A DNA stretch of 64,000 nucleotides from Macrostomum lignano. Its lineage: Eukaryota. Shown here piece by piece: positions 1 through 29,296 of the stretch. The stretch spans positions 372,001 to 436,000 of the forward strand of contig NIVC01000364.1 in NCBI GenBank assembly GCA_002269645.1, written 5' to 3'. Numbering within the stretch: the first letter of the stretch is position 1; every line of letters begins with the position of its first letter. The position numbers and the translations under genes are program-made. Under the pieces are notes generated by a model. The model made no database searches, was not told the DNA's origin, and was given only the letters and a program-made list of their open reading frames with translations.

Positions 1-200
1 GGGGTCACTGACAGAGATAAGGGTAATGGGTCACTGACAGAGATAAGGGTAATGGGGTCACTGACAGAGATAAGAGTAATGGGTCACTGACTGAGATATG
101 GGTAATGGGGTCCCTGATTGAGATAAGGGTAGTAATGGGTCACTGATTGAGATAAGGGTAATGGGGTCACTGACAGAGATAAGGGTAATGGGGTACCTGG
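1..200. repeat. about 27-bp minisatellite (ggggtcactgacagagataagggtaat), in WDR49 intron
   Basis: Direct tandem copies visible from position 1. Confidence 0.9.
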
Positions 201-309
201 GGGATAAGAGGTAAATGGAAAGCTACGGTGTGAATTCATCAGGTTTAAAAAAGCTTCCAGCTCTAAGCCTAGCAATGCAAGCAAGAGCAATGTTGCATCA
301 GTGACAAAC

Positions 310-2862
310 CAGTAGTCTAGGCAGAGCGGGGCCGCCTCGAGTCCCTGAACTCGGTACTGACAGGAGAAGTCGCTCTTTGAGCTGATGTCGTAAAAGGCTG
401 CAAATGTTTTTAAATCATACAATAGTGTGGTATGACCCCACGGTCTTACAATAGAATATCATGTTAATAGTCAAAATACAAAGGTTGACGAATATCTATG
501 ACCGACAGGAGTAGCTACTGCCTATGACCGAATAGTTAGCTATCTACTCTCTATGACCGACAGGAGTAGCTACTGCCTATGACCGAATAGTTAGCTACCT
601 ACTCTCTGTGACCGACAGGAGTAGCTACTGCCTATGACCGAATAGTTAGCTACCTACTCTCTGTGACCGACAGGAGTAGCTACTGCCTATGACCGAATAG
701 TTAGCTACCTACTCTCTGTGACCGACAGGAGTAGCTACTCTCTATGACCGACAGGAGTAGCTACTCTCTATGACCGACAGGAGTAGCTACTGCCTATGAC
801 TGAATAGTTAGCTACCTACTCTCTATGACCGACAGGAGTAGCTACTGCCTATGACCGAATAGTTAGCTACCTACTCTCTATGACCGACAGGAGTAGCTAC
901 TCTCTATGACCGACAGGAGTAGCTACTCTCTATGACCGACAGGAGTAGCTACTCTCTATGACCGACAGGAGTAGCTACTCTCTGTGACTGACAGGAGTAG
1001 CTACTGCCTATGACTGAATAGTTAGCTACCTACTCTCTATGACCGACAGGAGTAGCTACTCTCTATGACCGACAGGAGTAGCTACTCTCTATGACCGACA
1101 GGAGTAGCTACTGCCTATGACTGAATAGTTAGCTACCTACTCTCTATGACCGACAGGAGTAGCTACTCTCTGTGACTGACAGGAGTAGCTACTCTCTATG
1201 ACCGACAGGAGTAGCTACTGCCTATGACCGAATAGTTAGCTACCTACTCTCTGTGACCGACAGGAGTAGCTACTCTCTATGACCGACAGGAGTAGCTACA
1301 CTCTATGACCGACAGGGGTACCTACTCTCTATGACCGACAGGAGTAGCTACTGTCTATGACCGAATAGTTAGCTACCCTATGAGCCTTTTCAGTTTTTAT
1401 AAGTGTCAAACATCCCGATCGAATTCCCCAGTTGTCAATCCTCACCAATCTCTTTGCTAGTGAAGCCGATGGCAATCTTGCTGACATTCTGCAGCACAGC
1501 GAACCCGGTGACCCAGAGGTCGCGCTGCCTGCAGGCCTCGGTGCCAACCCGGACGCATTTGCTGGCCTGCAGATCCGAATTAGTCAGAGCCAGAGTGCCC
1601 TCCTGCAGCCAGTAATGATTGATAAATTTAGACGTTTGACATTCTGCTAACTTTAGCAACGATCAAAATAGTATAAAATAATGATTCGAATCAAAGTCTC
1701 ACCCTAGATACGCTGACATACTTGTGCGAGCTTCTTAAAAAGTCGATGCCAATGATTGTATCGTTGTGAGGCACGGAGAGCTGTTTTGGATTCCTCCATT
1801 GGGGCACCTGGTTGTTCCTCACTTTGTCGTCTTTTTCGTAGAGCTGCATCATAAGATGCTGGGATAGCTGGTCCCATGACACCGTGCCCTCCTTGCATAT
1901 GTCGATTTTGTCAAACAGCTCCTCGTACTGCGGTCGAAATGTGGCAAAGAAAAATCCGTATGAACTATCATTAAATGACTGTGCTTAGAAAAAACTTCAG
2001 CTAAACTTGCATCTTACCTCTTCATCTGTGCCCTTGTTTAGAATGATTGACAAGGCCTCCACAAATTGTTCTCGATTCAGCTTCAGTCGCTCGAATGTGT
2101 CACCTTTTAACTAGAATTTGTGTCAATAGTTATTATTTATTTGCCTTACTGTATCCAGATATTTGTTTGAAAAGACAGCTTACTCACTTCGAAAGCTTCT
2201 TGAAGAGACTCCAAATCTTTCAGTGTCAATCGTGCTTCCAATTTGCTGTCTTCCAGTGATGCTTTTCTGCAAGGTGGTAAAAAAAGAATAAAAAACATTC
2301 ATTTTTTGCTATTAAAAGTAAATTTTAAAATGATTCAATAATCAAACTAAAAAAGTTTTAAACTAGCTATGCAATTTGTAAGCCCAATACTGTAATGATA
2401 ATTTACCTTCATTCCTACATATCTGATTTGCTAAGATAAAATATTATATAGTGTCTCTGTAATTTTATAATAGAATAGTCAAGCAGAAAATGATAAATCA
2501 GTCACCATAAACTATTTTTAATCTATGAAGTTATTCATGCTTTACAATATATAATACTTCAGAGTGAAAAATTGTGTATATAAAAATGCAATGGTTTTTA
2601 ACTCCAAATGTTATATATATACAATATAGTTATTGAGAGAAATTTCCTCTTATCGTTTTCAGTTTGTTTGTACAACATTTTCTCTTGCTTTTCATTGCAC
2701 TCTATAGATTACTGAATTGAAAGACATATTTTTTTATTTCGAAACCAAAGTTTGTTATTGACTATTGTTATCAGTAAAGGCAAAGTTAATTTGCAATTGG
2801 CATGCATACAAGAGAATAATTTACTTGCCAACTTACATCGACTCCTGAGCTTGCTTCGACAT
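310..2862 (-). CDS. WDR49: WDR49/CFAP337-like EF-hand + WD40 protein, 5' portion only (gene continues beyond position 1)
   Basis: Exons with GT-AG boundaries and consistent phases: 2862-2837 (MSKQAQES, tentative start), 2266-2188, 2110-2018, 1927-1703, 1602-1446, 397-310. The joined peptide includes LTLKDLESLQEAFE...YEELFDKIDICKEGTVSWDQL...LYEKDDK...VPQW...[44 protein letters not shown]...PLCLDYW, which closely matches my recollection of the N-terminal EF-hand-like and first WD region of long-form WDR49. No database search was run. Confidence 0.8.
496..1380. repeat. Two-variant 26-29 bp minisatellite (atgaccgacaggagtagctact / atgaccgaatagttagctacct), in WDR49 intron
   Basis: Tandem copies of two alternating unit types. 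Confidence 0.95.
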
Positions 2863-3984
2863 TTGAGCACTTTTGATTAAATAATTTAATTTCACAGATT
2901 ATTAATTAGAATTAATTTGCAATAAATAAGCAATGAGCTATTTATTTAATTGTACTTCGTACTAATCTGTACAATAAGAGTTTCTATCTATATTGACTCT
3001 AATTCGATATTAAAATTGCAAATAGCTTGGGTAGATTCGCGCGTTGTACTAAAAGATTGTGTACTCAATTTTTCTTGATATAACACAAAATCTAAATTGT
3101 TTGCTTTTCTGAACATCTTTAACTAATATAAAATGCAAAGAGGAAATTTATTTATATAATTTCTTATAATGTAACGCTGCGGATTCAATTTTAACGTTAA
3201 CTAAAAGACTCGAAAAATTCACTTGCTAGTAGACTGCGGTTTTGGGTACAAATAGTTAAAACTAAATAAAATAGTATGCTCCATTAAGTTAATAGTTAGT
3301 ATAAAGTAGCCTTTGGTAAGGTAAAATTTAATAAGTCAGATATAACTGATCAATTCATGCAATATTATAAGCCACTAACATACATGTAATGATTGTCTAT
3401 GATGTAATGGACGCTGCCCTAAGTAGTAAAGTACTTGCATAAAGTAGTAAATACAGTTATTTGCTGTACGGAGCAATAAAAAAACTACATATCAGTTGAC
3501 GAGACCTTAAATTAGGCACAAATTATTGGCGCAAGGAAACTTACTGAAGACATTTTTGTTAGATTTTCAACAAAAACCTGAGAGTCATGCGATGTTAAAT
3601 TTATATGGAAATTAAATTTAGAACGAAACAAAAATATCCCTGTTTGGTGAGATATTTTGACTTTAGTCTATAAAAACCATATGAAGATTAGCCTGATTTG
3701 TCTCATTTTAGATGAATCGCTTGAGAGAGGTTCAAGCACTACAAAAAAGAAGTTAAGCTTATGTTCAAAGAATATATTTGAAAATCTAGTAATTTACTGA
3801 CTCGTCTGGTACAATTATTTAATTTTTATTTTTTGATTAAATGAACTGTGACAATGATTAACAGACTACAGGCCAGACGTACAGATTATAGGGCAACGTC
3901 CATGTTACAAGAATGATTGCTCAAAACAGATAAGGGCATCGGGCATATTCGCATTTTTGTTCGTTCTTCAAAATTACAGTACAG

Positions 3985-4488
3985 CAGGGGCGTAGCCAGA
4001 GGGGGGCAAGGGGGGCCGCGGCCCCCACCCCCAATCACCAACTCTGGCCTTGGCGCCTCCCCCCCCCCAGAACTGCGCTTTGCCGCCCCTTTGAAAATGC
4101 TGCCGCTTTCCTGGCGCCCCCCCCATAAATAAACTGCTCCCCCCTATAAAAACTGCCCCCCCCCTAAAAGAAACTGGCGCCCCCCTAAAAGAAACTGGCG
4201 CCCCCCCCCCTAAAAGAAACTGGCGCCCCCCCCCCCCCCTATAAGAAACTGGCGCCCCCTAAAAGAAACTGGCGCCCCCCCCCTAAAAGAAACTGCATGG
4301 CGCCCCCCCCCTATAAGAAACTGGCGCCCCCTAAAAGAAACTGGCGCCCCCCCCCTATAAGAAACTGGCGCCCCCCCTAAAAGAAACTGGCGCCCCCCCC
4401 TCTATAAGAAACTGGCGCCCCCCCCTAAAAGAAACTGGCGCCCCCTAACTCACGCCCCCCCCAATCAATATTCCTGGCTACGCCCCTG
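3985..4488. mobile_element. Non-autonomous hAT-type MITE carrying an internal tandem array
   Basis: Terminal inverted repeats CAGGGGCGTAGCCAG / CTGGCTACGCCCCTG and a perfect 8-bp target site duplication CAGTACAG (3977-3984 and 4489-4496). Internal about 20-25 bp repeats aaagaaactggcgcc(c)n-ta. An 8-bp TSD is typical of hAT. Confidence 0.85.
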
Positions 4489-6422
4489 CAGTACAGTATT
4501 CTATGCGCATGGTGAGTAAGTAAACGAATGTATTAAATAAAATCCCTAAGGCGTCCATATGCAGCCCGGCCACAGAACGCGCCCCGGCTATCAAAATACA
4601 GTATAGAGCCAATGATTTTTGCGCAGACCCTGCCGCTATTCGTCTTCGTTGCGCCAGCTAGTGCGTCCACACTCGAGCACCGCACAGCTGCCACCGCTGC
4701 TGTATGGCAGATATATTAGCAGACCTTAATGCCGAGGCCGTTTCTTCGTAAAGCCAATTACTACCAGCCCCTCCCCAACCCCACCCTGCGCGCGACCATC
4801 GGTCAAAGAAGCTATAGGCAGGGGGGCCTGCATCCTTATGCAGACCATCCGATTTCTTTGGCGCGAGAATGAAGGGGAGGCGGCATCGGGAGGGTTGGGC
4901 TTTGCGGAGAGTTGCGCTTCCCCTCAGCCAGGCAGCCACTGGCGTCCGCTGCCAATTTCTTGACGAGCGCTGCCGGTATCTGCGGCAGCTGTCGTACAGC
5001 AAGCAGCGGCGGCGGCAGCGTTACGGAGAGCGCCATTTTGCAGTCAGAAAAACAAGCGGCGCAACCCCCGCACTATCGAGCCAGGGGTGGGAGGGGGTTG
5101 TGGTGAATTATTTTCGCGGCCTCCTGCGCTCGCTCGCTTTCTCGGTGGGGCGGACATAATGCAGTCGCTGTGGCGTCGGGCTTCTGAGCCAGATCTGGGC
5201 CACTCTGGGGGCTTTTAGCGACTTCGTGCACTTTCCCCTGCGCCCCCCCCCCTTAGCAGTGAGTGTCTAATTGACAAGATTTCCCACACACATTTTACAC
5301 AGACAGTGCCAGTCGTACCGTGTTTTCAATGCTACACTCGCTACCAAATTTCCTTCATTCGGTGGGGTGAGGAACACTTGGTAAACAATCGGCTGCAGCT
5401 AGACCCCCGCAGTGGGGCACTTCGGGCGAGATTTTGAACTGCGCGGAATCTCAGTCACTCTTGGGAGATTTCTGAGGAGATTTTCGAAACCGACACACTT
5501 GCCTCTGCGATCCTCGGGGACCACCCGGCCCGCCACCAGCCCCCCTCCCGTCTGCAGAGTGCAAGCAGCATCAGTAGCAAAGTGTGATTTCAGCGCTACT
5601 CTCCCTTGCTGTTTCTCTCCCTAAAGCAAGTTTTCCAGCGTTATCCTTCTGCCTCTCGGACTAGCGAGGCGCGAGAGACAGTTTAGAGTCAGGGGGAGAG
5701 GGGAAGAGGAGAGACAGCCGGGCGACCAGTGGCTGAGAAATCTTTTCATTAAAATAATTAATTCCAGTTGGGGCAATACCGTCAGCGCCTGCATTGGGGA
5801 TAAGGGTTCTCGGCCTGACAGTTGGGACTCCAATAACTTCTTGGAATTGTCGCCCCACCCCCACCCCCTATCCCGCAGCGCTAAGGCGACCCTCGCCAGC
5901 AGTTTAAGTTGCTCCCATTTCTCTTCTCCCTTTCTTTCCCTTCTATTTCATTCTCAGCCGGCATACTTACTCTGTTCCGTACGAGTCGCACTAGAAATCG
6001 CGCTCTCTAGATAGATCTTCCTGCCTGTCGTCTCCCCCACCAACTCCCTCGCTCCCCTTTCATGCCCAGCTCGCACGGACCAAACGCCACTTACGCTGCG
6101 CGAATGCTTGCCCAGCCCACACGCCCTGTCCCCCTGCCACAGCCAACCGCCGGCCGCAACTGCAGTACCTTCGCCTTCCACCACGACCACCACCACGACC
6201 ACCACCACCACCACCTCCCTCCATTTCAAACGGCCACGCGGTCCCACTGCGCTTTCTTGACGCGCGCTTGCAGCTCGTAGCAAGGTCTTCCTAAAGCGAC
6301 GAAAATCAACAACAACAACAGAAATAGAGAGCAGCAGATAGAAGCCAAGCTTCAGCAGACAGAAAAGGCAGAGGAGTTGCCTAGCAATTTTTTTTTAGTT
6401 GAGCCGCAGTCGATCGGACGCG

Positions 6423-23475
<17,053 letters not shown>

Positions 23476-23804
23476 CTTACCCCGCTCACACACGCACTGC
23501 AATTTTTATTTCCCTAATGATTAGCTTTAATAATAGTTTTTACCTATAGCTGGTGCAGTGGCCACTGGTAGTTAGAAGGTCTGATTTGATTGAAAGTTTT
23601 TTATTGACACTAAAGGTGGCTATTTCTCGTCTTTTGAGCCAGAGAAGAAGAGAGCGGGGCAAAAAATACGGGAAAATTTTTATTTTTTTGGAAAAAATCA
23701 GTTGTTCTGAGGTTTGCAGACTTTTTATCTCTATTTAAGTTTTGGTACAGGGGAAAAGGTATAGGGGCTGTGGTCGCGCGATTGACTCTATTGGCTACGC
23801 TGGT

Positions 23805-24258
23805 GTCTGACCGTGTCTGACCGTGTCTGACCGCGTCTGACCGTGTCTGGCCGTGTCTGACCGTGTCTGACCGTGTGTCTGACCGTGTGTCTGACCGTGT
23901 CTGACTGTGTCTGGCCGTGTCTGACCGTGTCTGACTGTGTCTGACCATGTATGACCGTGTCTGACCGTTTCTGGCCGTGTCTGACCGCGTCTGACCGTGT
24001 CTGACCGTGTCTGACCGTGTCTGACCGCGTCTGACCGTGTCTGGCGTGTCTGACCGTGTCTGACCGTGTGTCTGACCGTGTGTCTGACCGTGTCTGACTG
24101 TGTCTGGCCGTGTCTGACCGTGTCTGACTGTGTCTGACCATGTCTGACCGTGTCTGACTGTGTCTGGCCGTGTCTGACCGTGTCTGACTGTGTCTGACCA
24201 TGTCTGACCGTGTCTGACCGTGTCTGACTGTGTCTGACCATTTCTGACCTTGTCTGGC
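23805..24258. repeat. 10-bp tandem repeat (tctgaccgtg)n
   Basis: Tandem copies with minor variants. Confidence 0.95.
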
Positions 24259-24519
24259 CATTCTTAGAAAGTCTGGAAACTTCAGAACAAAGATCTTTCT
24301 CAGAAGTTAATACGACTCAATAGAACAATCATGGCCCTGTTAACTACGGGTGGTCATTGAGTTGGTGATGGCCTGTTTATTACAAATTATTTACTAAACA
24401 AACCATTCTTTTTCTTTGTGCAATAGTCTGGTCCCTCAGTTAACCATCTGCATGCTTGCATAGCATTAGGGGTTGACGATTAACTAAACAATAAAAAAAT
24501 CGTTTGATGGTACTAACAG

Positions 24520-24677
24520 TAGAAGTACAAGTGCATGGAATTTTTGATGACACGGGCATCGTTCTGAATTTACCGGAGCTCCGTAAACAAGCTGATGATG
24601 AAGGCGGTGTGTCCACCAGCAGCTGTGAAGTGTTTGACATCTTAGGCACCTTAGAAGGGTCGCTCAGCAGCCAATGA
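24520..24677 (+). CDS. Candidate alternative terminal exon of the Shaw gene
   Basis: Acceptor tactaacag, then a phase-1 open frame (xEVQVHGIFDDTGIVLNLPELRKQADDEGG...SSQ*) that is compatible with the phase-1 donors at 18497, 20890, 21860 and 23152. Confidence 0.4.
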
Positions 24678-25105
24678 GGATGGAAAATGACGCAAAACTC
24701 TGTGCCTTATTGTTGAAAGACATATTGTTGCAAAATACGAAGCTTAATCTGCATGCGTTTTTCAATTCCGACGCATATAGAAAACATATTACTACAATAA
24801 ACTTACGTATTAACATTGTTATAATTCCCTCTGTTTAACATTGCTCCGTGCATGTTTTAACAGCCATTTTAACCTCCTGAGTAACCGTACTAACGGCACA
24901 ATAACCATAACTACAATTTATCAGCTACATGAACTACCCGTTGCTAGCATATCTTCACACCAAGCCCATTGTGAATGCAAACTAACACGTTTAAACTTGT
25001 CGTGAAATATATCCATTAGCAGTGTCATAAAGCAATGCCAGTAGAGTTCCCAGGTGAGAAACTTCTAATTGCCCTCCGCATTACCCAAACCGCTCCGATC
25101 CACAG

Positions 25106-25222
25106 AAGAGAACCACGCGGAGGTCGGCGAAGTCGCCGTGTCCGCCGCACCAATAGCCGCCAGCGAGGTGGAATCCAGCGAGTCAGGGGTGACCGCAGCA
25201 CACAACTCCAATTATAGCGGCG
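25106..25222 (+). CDS. Candidate symmetric phase-1 cassette exon of the Shaw gene
   Basis: ccacag acceptor and G|gtgaga donor, 117 nt (39 codons), open (xENHAEVGEVAVSAAPIAASEVESSESGVTAAHNSNYSG), GC-rich relative to its flanks. Confidence 0.45.
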
Positions 25223-25715
25223 GTGAGATCTCACTGGCTGGCGTTTGCATATTATGCTACTGATAGTAGATTTCGGTAGATTTTCTCAAAATTTGGGCAG
25301 GCTAAATTGCTATCAATTATAGAAATTAATTAGTTAGCGGTTGGCCTCGTTGAGTGGTATGCAGTATTTATTGGTCTTTTTTGTTGTGTGACGAAGTTGT
25401 CATACATGGAGTTGCATTACAATAGAATGAATTACTGTATGGGACGTAGCTTAGTGCATTCTGATGGGGTGGCTTTGGCTAGTGCACTGAATTGATTGTG
25501 TCTGACTAATTATCGCTCTCGGGACAATTCTGACGGCGCTTAAGTAAATATTTTATTGACGAAAAACAACTATAGGTGTAAAACCGAAATTGGGCCGAAA
25601 CAAAATATTGAGACTGCATTTAGTCAAGAGCTCTGTGAAAATTTTCACAGCCTTCTTATAGTAAGTAGTTCTTGCTTCTTGGTTCACAATCAGCCTTCAT
25701 TTTATTCGTTAAGTT

Positions 25716-26690
25716 GAGAGAGAGAGAAAGAGGAGAGAGAGAGAGAGAGATAGAGAGAGAGAGAGTCAGTCAAGAGAGAAGAGAGAGAGAGAAGAGAAGG
25801 GAGGGCCAAGAGAGAATCATGTGTGCTTTGTCCAGGGCCAAGAGAGAGAGAGAGAGAGGGTCAGTCATGTGCGCTTTGTCCAGGACCGAGAGAGAATCAT
25901 GTGTGCTTTGTCCAGGGCCAAGAGAGAATCATGTGTGCTTTGTCCAGGGCCAAGAGAGAATCATGTGTGCTTTGTCCAGGGCCAAGAGAGAGAGAGAGAG
26001 GGTCAGTCATGTGCGCTTTGTCCAGGACCGAGAGAGAATCATGTGTGCTTTGTCCAGGGCCAAGAGAGAATCATGTGTGCTTTGTCCAGGGCCGGGAGAG
26101 AATCATGTGTGCTTTGTCCAGGGCCGAGAGAGAATCATGTGTGCTTTGTCCAGGGCCGAGAGAGAATCATGTGCGCTTTGTCCAGGACCGAGAGAGAATC
26201 ATGTGTGCTTTGTCCAGGGCCGAGAGAGAATCATGTGTGCTTTGTCCAGGGCCGAGAGAGAATCATGTGTGCTTTGTCCAGGGCCGCGAGAGAATCATGC
26301 GTGCTTTGTCCAGGGCCAAGAGAGAGAGAGAGAGAGAGAGAGGGTCAGTCATGTGCGCTTTGTCCAGGACCGAGAGAGAATCATGTGTGCTTTGTCCAGG
26401 GCCAAGAGAGAATCATGTGTGCTTTGTCCAGGGCCGGGAGAGAATCATGTGTGCTTTGTCCAGGGCCGAGAGAGAATCATGTGTGCTTTGTCCAGGGCCG
26501 AGAGAGAATCATGTGCGCTTTGTCCAGGACCGAGAGAGAATCATGTGTGCTTTGTCCAGGGCCGAGAGAGAGTCATGTGTGCTTTGTCCAGGGCCGAGAG
26601 AGAATCATGTGCGCTTTGTCCAGGACCGAGAGAGAATCATGTGTGCTTTGTCCAGGGCCGAGAGAGAATCATGTGTGCTTTGTCCAGGGT
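25716..26690. repeat. (GA)n plus about 32-36 bp minisatellite (gagagagaatcatgtgtgctttgtccagggcc)
   Basis: Tandem copies with higher-order duplication. Explains ORFs 25672-26953. Confidence 0.95.
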
Positions 26691-27520
26691 CAAGTTGGAG
26701 TAATGTATCTTTAAAAGTGTTTCATTGCCAAATGGTTTCGTGTCTCGGTGCCAAGCCGCTGTCTGCACCCCCGACACCCGGCATTCGCAGGAGCGGCGGG
26801 CAGCCCAACACCAAAATTGGCGAACGCGTGACGGCAATTCCTTCGAAGTTTCACCACTTCGAATTTGTAGCAACGCTTCTACGAACCAAGAGGCATGCCG
26901 AAACTCTGCGTGCTTTCATAACTTGCTCTACAATTTTTGTACCTGAAGATTGACTGCTACTCCAAAGCATGGGTTATCGATTTTTATAATAAATCTAGGC
27001 AAAGATGCTCTATTGTTGGGTCCACAGGTTATCCGAGTCAGCGCCGTCGGCTTTCGTATTCTAAGAAAGGCAATTCTGCTTTAAAAGAACGTCCGTAGAT
27101 TCACCAATCGGAACTCGCAATGTACTATGTGAGCACCGCAAAATTGTACATTTTTTGCTTTCCTTCTCTGTATGGTAATTTTTAATTGTAATTTTTGCTT
27201 TAGTCAGTTGGCTCCTGTATTTGTTTTAATTCTTATTGCGAAACCAATTCAAGTTACGCAGCCAAGCATTTAGCCCCCGCTCTGTGAACAGTTGCTGAAA
27301 TTCAGTGGAATAAATGCCGCAACCTACTTGATTCATGACACAGTAAAAATCTGACGAGTTAATTATTACCGTGAAATTGAGCGACAGATAATCGGCTCCG
27401 AATGTGAAAGATTGATGAGTGTTTATGCTGTGGCTGCATTTTCTTGCCTTCTGCTTGTAATTTATGATAGTTGGTTCCCGCTTAGCGAAGAAACTGCAGC
27501 AGCAGAATAGGGGAAATAAT

Positions 27521-27945
27521 CTACAGAAACAGTAAACTACAGAAACAGTAATCTACAGAAACAGTAAACTACAGAAACAGTAAGCTACAGAATTGGAATC
27601 TACAGAAACAGTAAGCTACAGAATTGGAATCTACAGAAACAGTAAGCTACAGAATTGGAATCTACAGAAACAGTAAGCTACAGAACTGGAATCTACAGAA
27701 ACAGTAGACTACAGAAACAGTAATCTACAGAAACAGTAATATACAGAAACAGTAAACTACAGAAACAGTAATCTACAGAAACAGTAAGCTACAGAAACAG
27801 AATCTACAAAAACAGTAAACTACAGAAACAGAATCTACAAAAACAGTAAGCTACAGAATTGGAATCTACAGAAACAATAAACTACAGAAATGCAATCTAC
27901 AGAAACAGTAAGCTACAGAAATGCTATCTACAGAAAGCTACAAAA
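27521..27945. repeat. 16-bp tandem repeat (ctacagaaacagtaaa)
   Basis: Tandem copies with variants. Confidence 0.9.
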
Positions 27946-28241
27946 GCAGAAATTGCGGAAGCCAGTTTCAGTTCCAATAAAGCAGTCGCAATAATTCCCC
28001 TGCCCTTCATCAATTTAGCGCCACAATTATGAAGTCAGCCCGATTTCAAGCTCATTCCGGAGCAGCCGCTGCAATCGGGCGCTGAGCCCAAGCAGAAGTC
28101 CAAACTACACAGCTTGAAACAACATCGCCAACAAAATCAGTTCAATTCTTCCCGCCGCGTATCAAAGGCAATCAAAAGTAGCAACTGACTGAAATACGCT
28201 CGCATCGTTTCCGAAGGAGGCCGTCATCAAAAGCGCAACAG

Positions 28242-28354
28242 GTCCAGCCTCCCCCCCAATGATGGAGAGTGGCAGCAACTGTGAGCAGCCACCACCCAGC
28301 ACTAAGTCAGCTGCCGACTCTGTTGACACAGAAAACATGCAATCCGCCAGATGA
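28242..28354 (+). CDS. Candidate distal terminal exon of the Shaw gene
   Basis: aacag acceptor, then phase-1 frame GPASPPMMESGSNCEQPPPSTKSAADSVDTENMQSAR*. The acceptor is weak. Confidence 0.25.
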
Positions 28355-29296
28355 GAAAATGGCCGGGAAAACACCCATGAGTTGGAGAGGCGAAAATAAA
28401 ATAGCTGGGCGGAGAGCCAGCTGCTGTTTGTCGTCATGGCGACCGCAATCACAAGGCGGAGAGAAAGGATTGGAAACTTGAGCTGCAAGTCGCGTAATGG
28501 ATGCAGTAAACTGATGAATGAAAGCCTGAGACTCTCGCGCTCACTAATTCCAGACTCTTAGCTCCTCTCATCTCTACTTCTCTCGCTCCCTTTTTTACCC
28601 ACTCTATCTTCATGCCCTCCGTTTCTCACGTCCTCCTCTTCTCTCCCTCTGTCTTCCTTCTTTTTCCCTCTTCATCTTGACCCTTCCTTCCCACCAGCTC
28701 TTCCTCTCTATCCTGTCTATTCTATCTATTCTATTCTATTCTACCTATTCTATCTATTCTTTTTTCCTTTTATATCCCTCACTTACAACCCACTCTCAAC
28801 CCTCACCTCCTTATAATCTCCATCTCCCCATCCTTTCTCTCCCTCTCTCCCTCCCTCCCTCCCTGCCCCCTCCCTCTCAACGTCACTCTAAGATTTTTCA
28901 CAGCTCCTGTCTTTTCTCACCCTACTCGGAATTCGAGTAGTTTCTCCCCAACCGCCTGGCTATCTCTGTTTATTTTCTATCTTCTTTATCCGGTTGGCAA
29001 ACTTATCCAAGCGTTTCGACTTGAACAAAATACACCTGAGCTCCATATATGCATTTTACCAAGCTTTCGGGTAGATTTCCCATATTTCCCAGTAAGTTTC
29101 TGGCTCTCGGTCAGTCGCCTCCGGCCATTGGAGCATTGGCATCGGAGTCCTCCCCTGCCCTCTCCGACACCCAAACTGCTCCCACCATTCCCTGCTCAGG
29201 GCGCACTGGTGTTAGAGTAGAGACCATAAAAGCCTAGACTGCACAAGGCCTCTTGAACACTGGGAGAGACTGTTCAAGCGCGAGCTCAACCCAGCC

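Noticed and set aside
4836-5036. ORF MALSVTLPPP... as the first WDR49 exon
   Set aside because: Its only evident donor (TG|gtctgc) joined to the exon at 2266 creates TGA. The 2862-2837 exon fits the phase without a stop.
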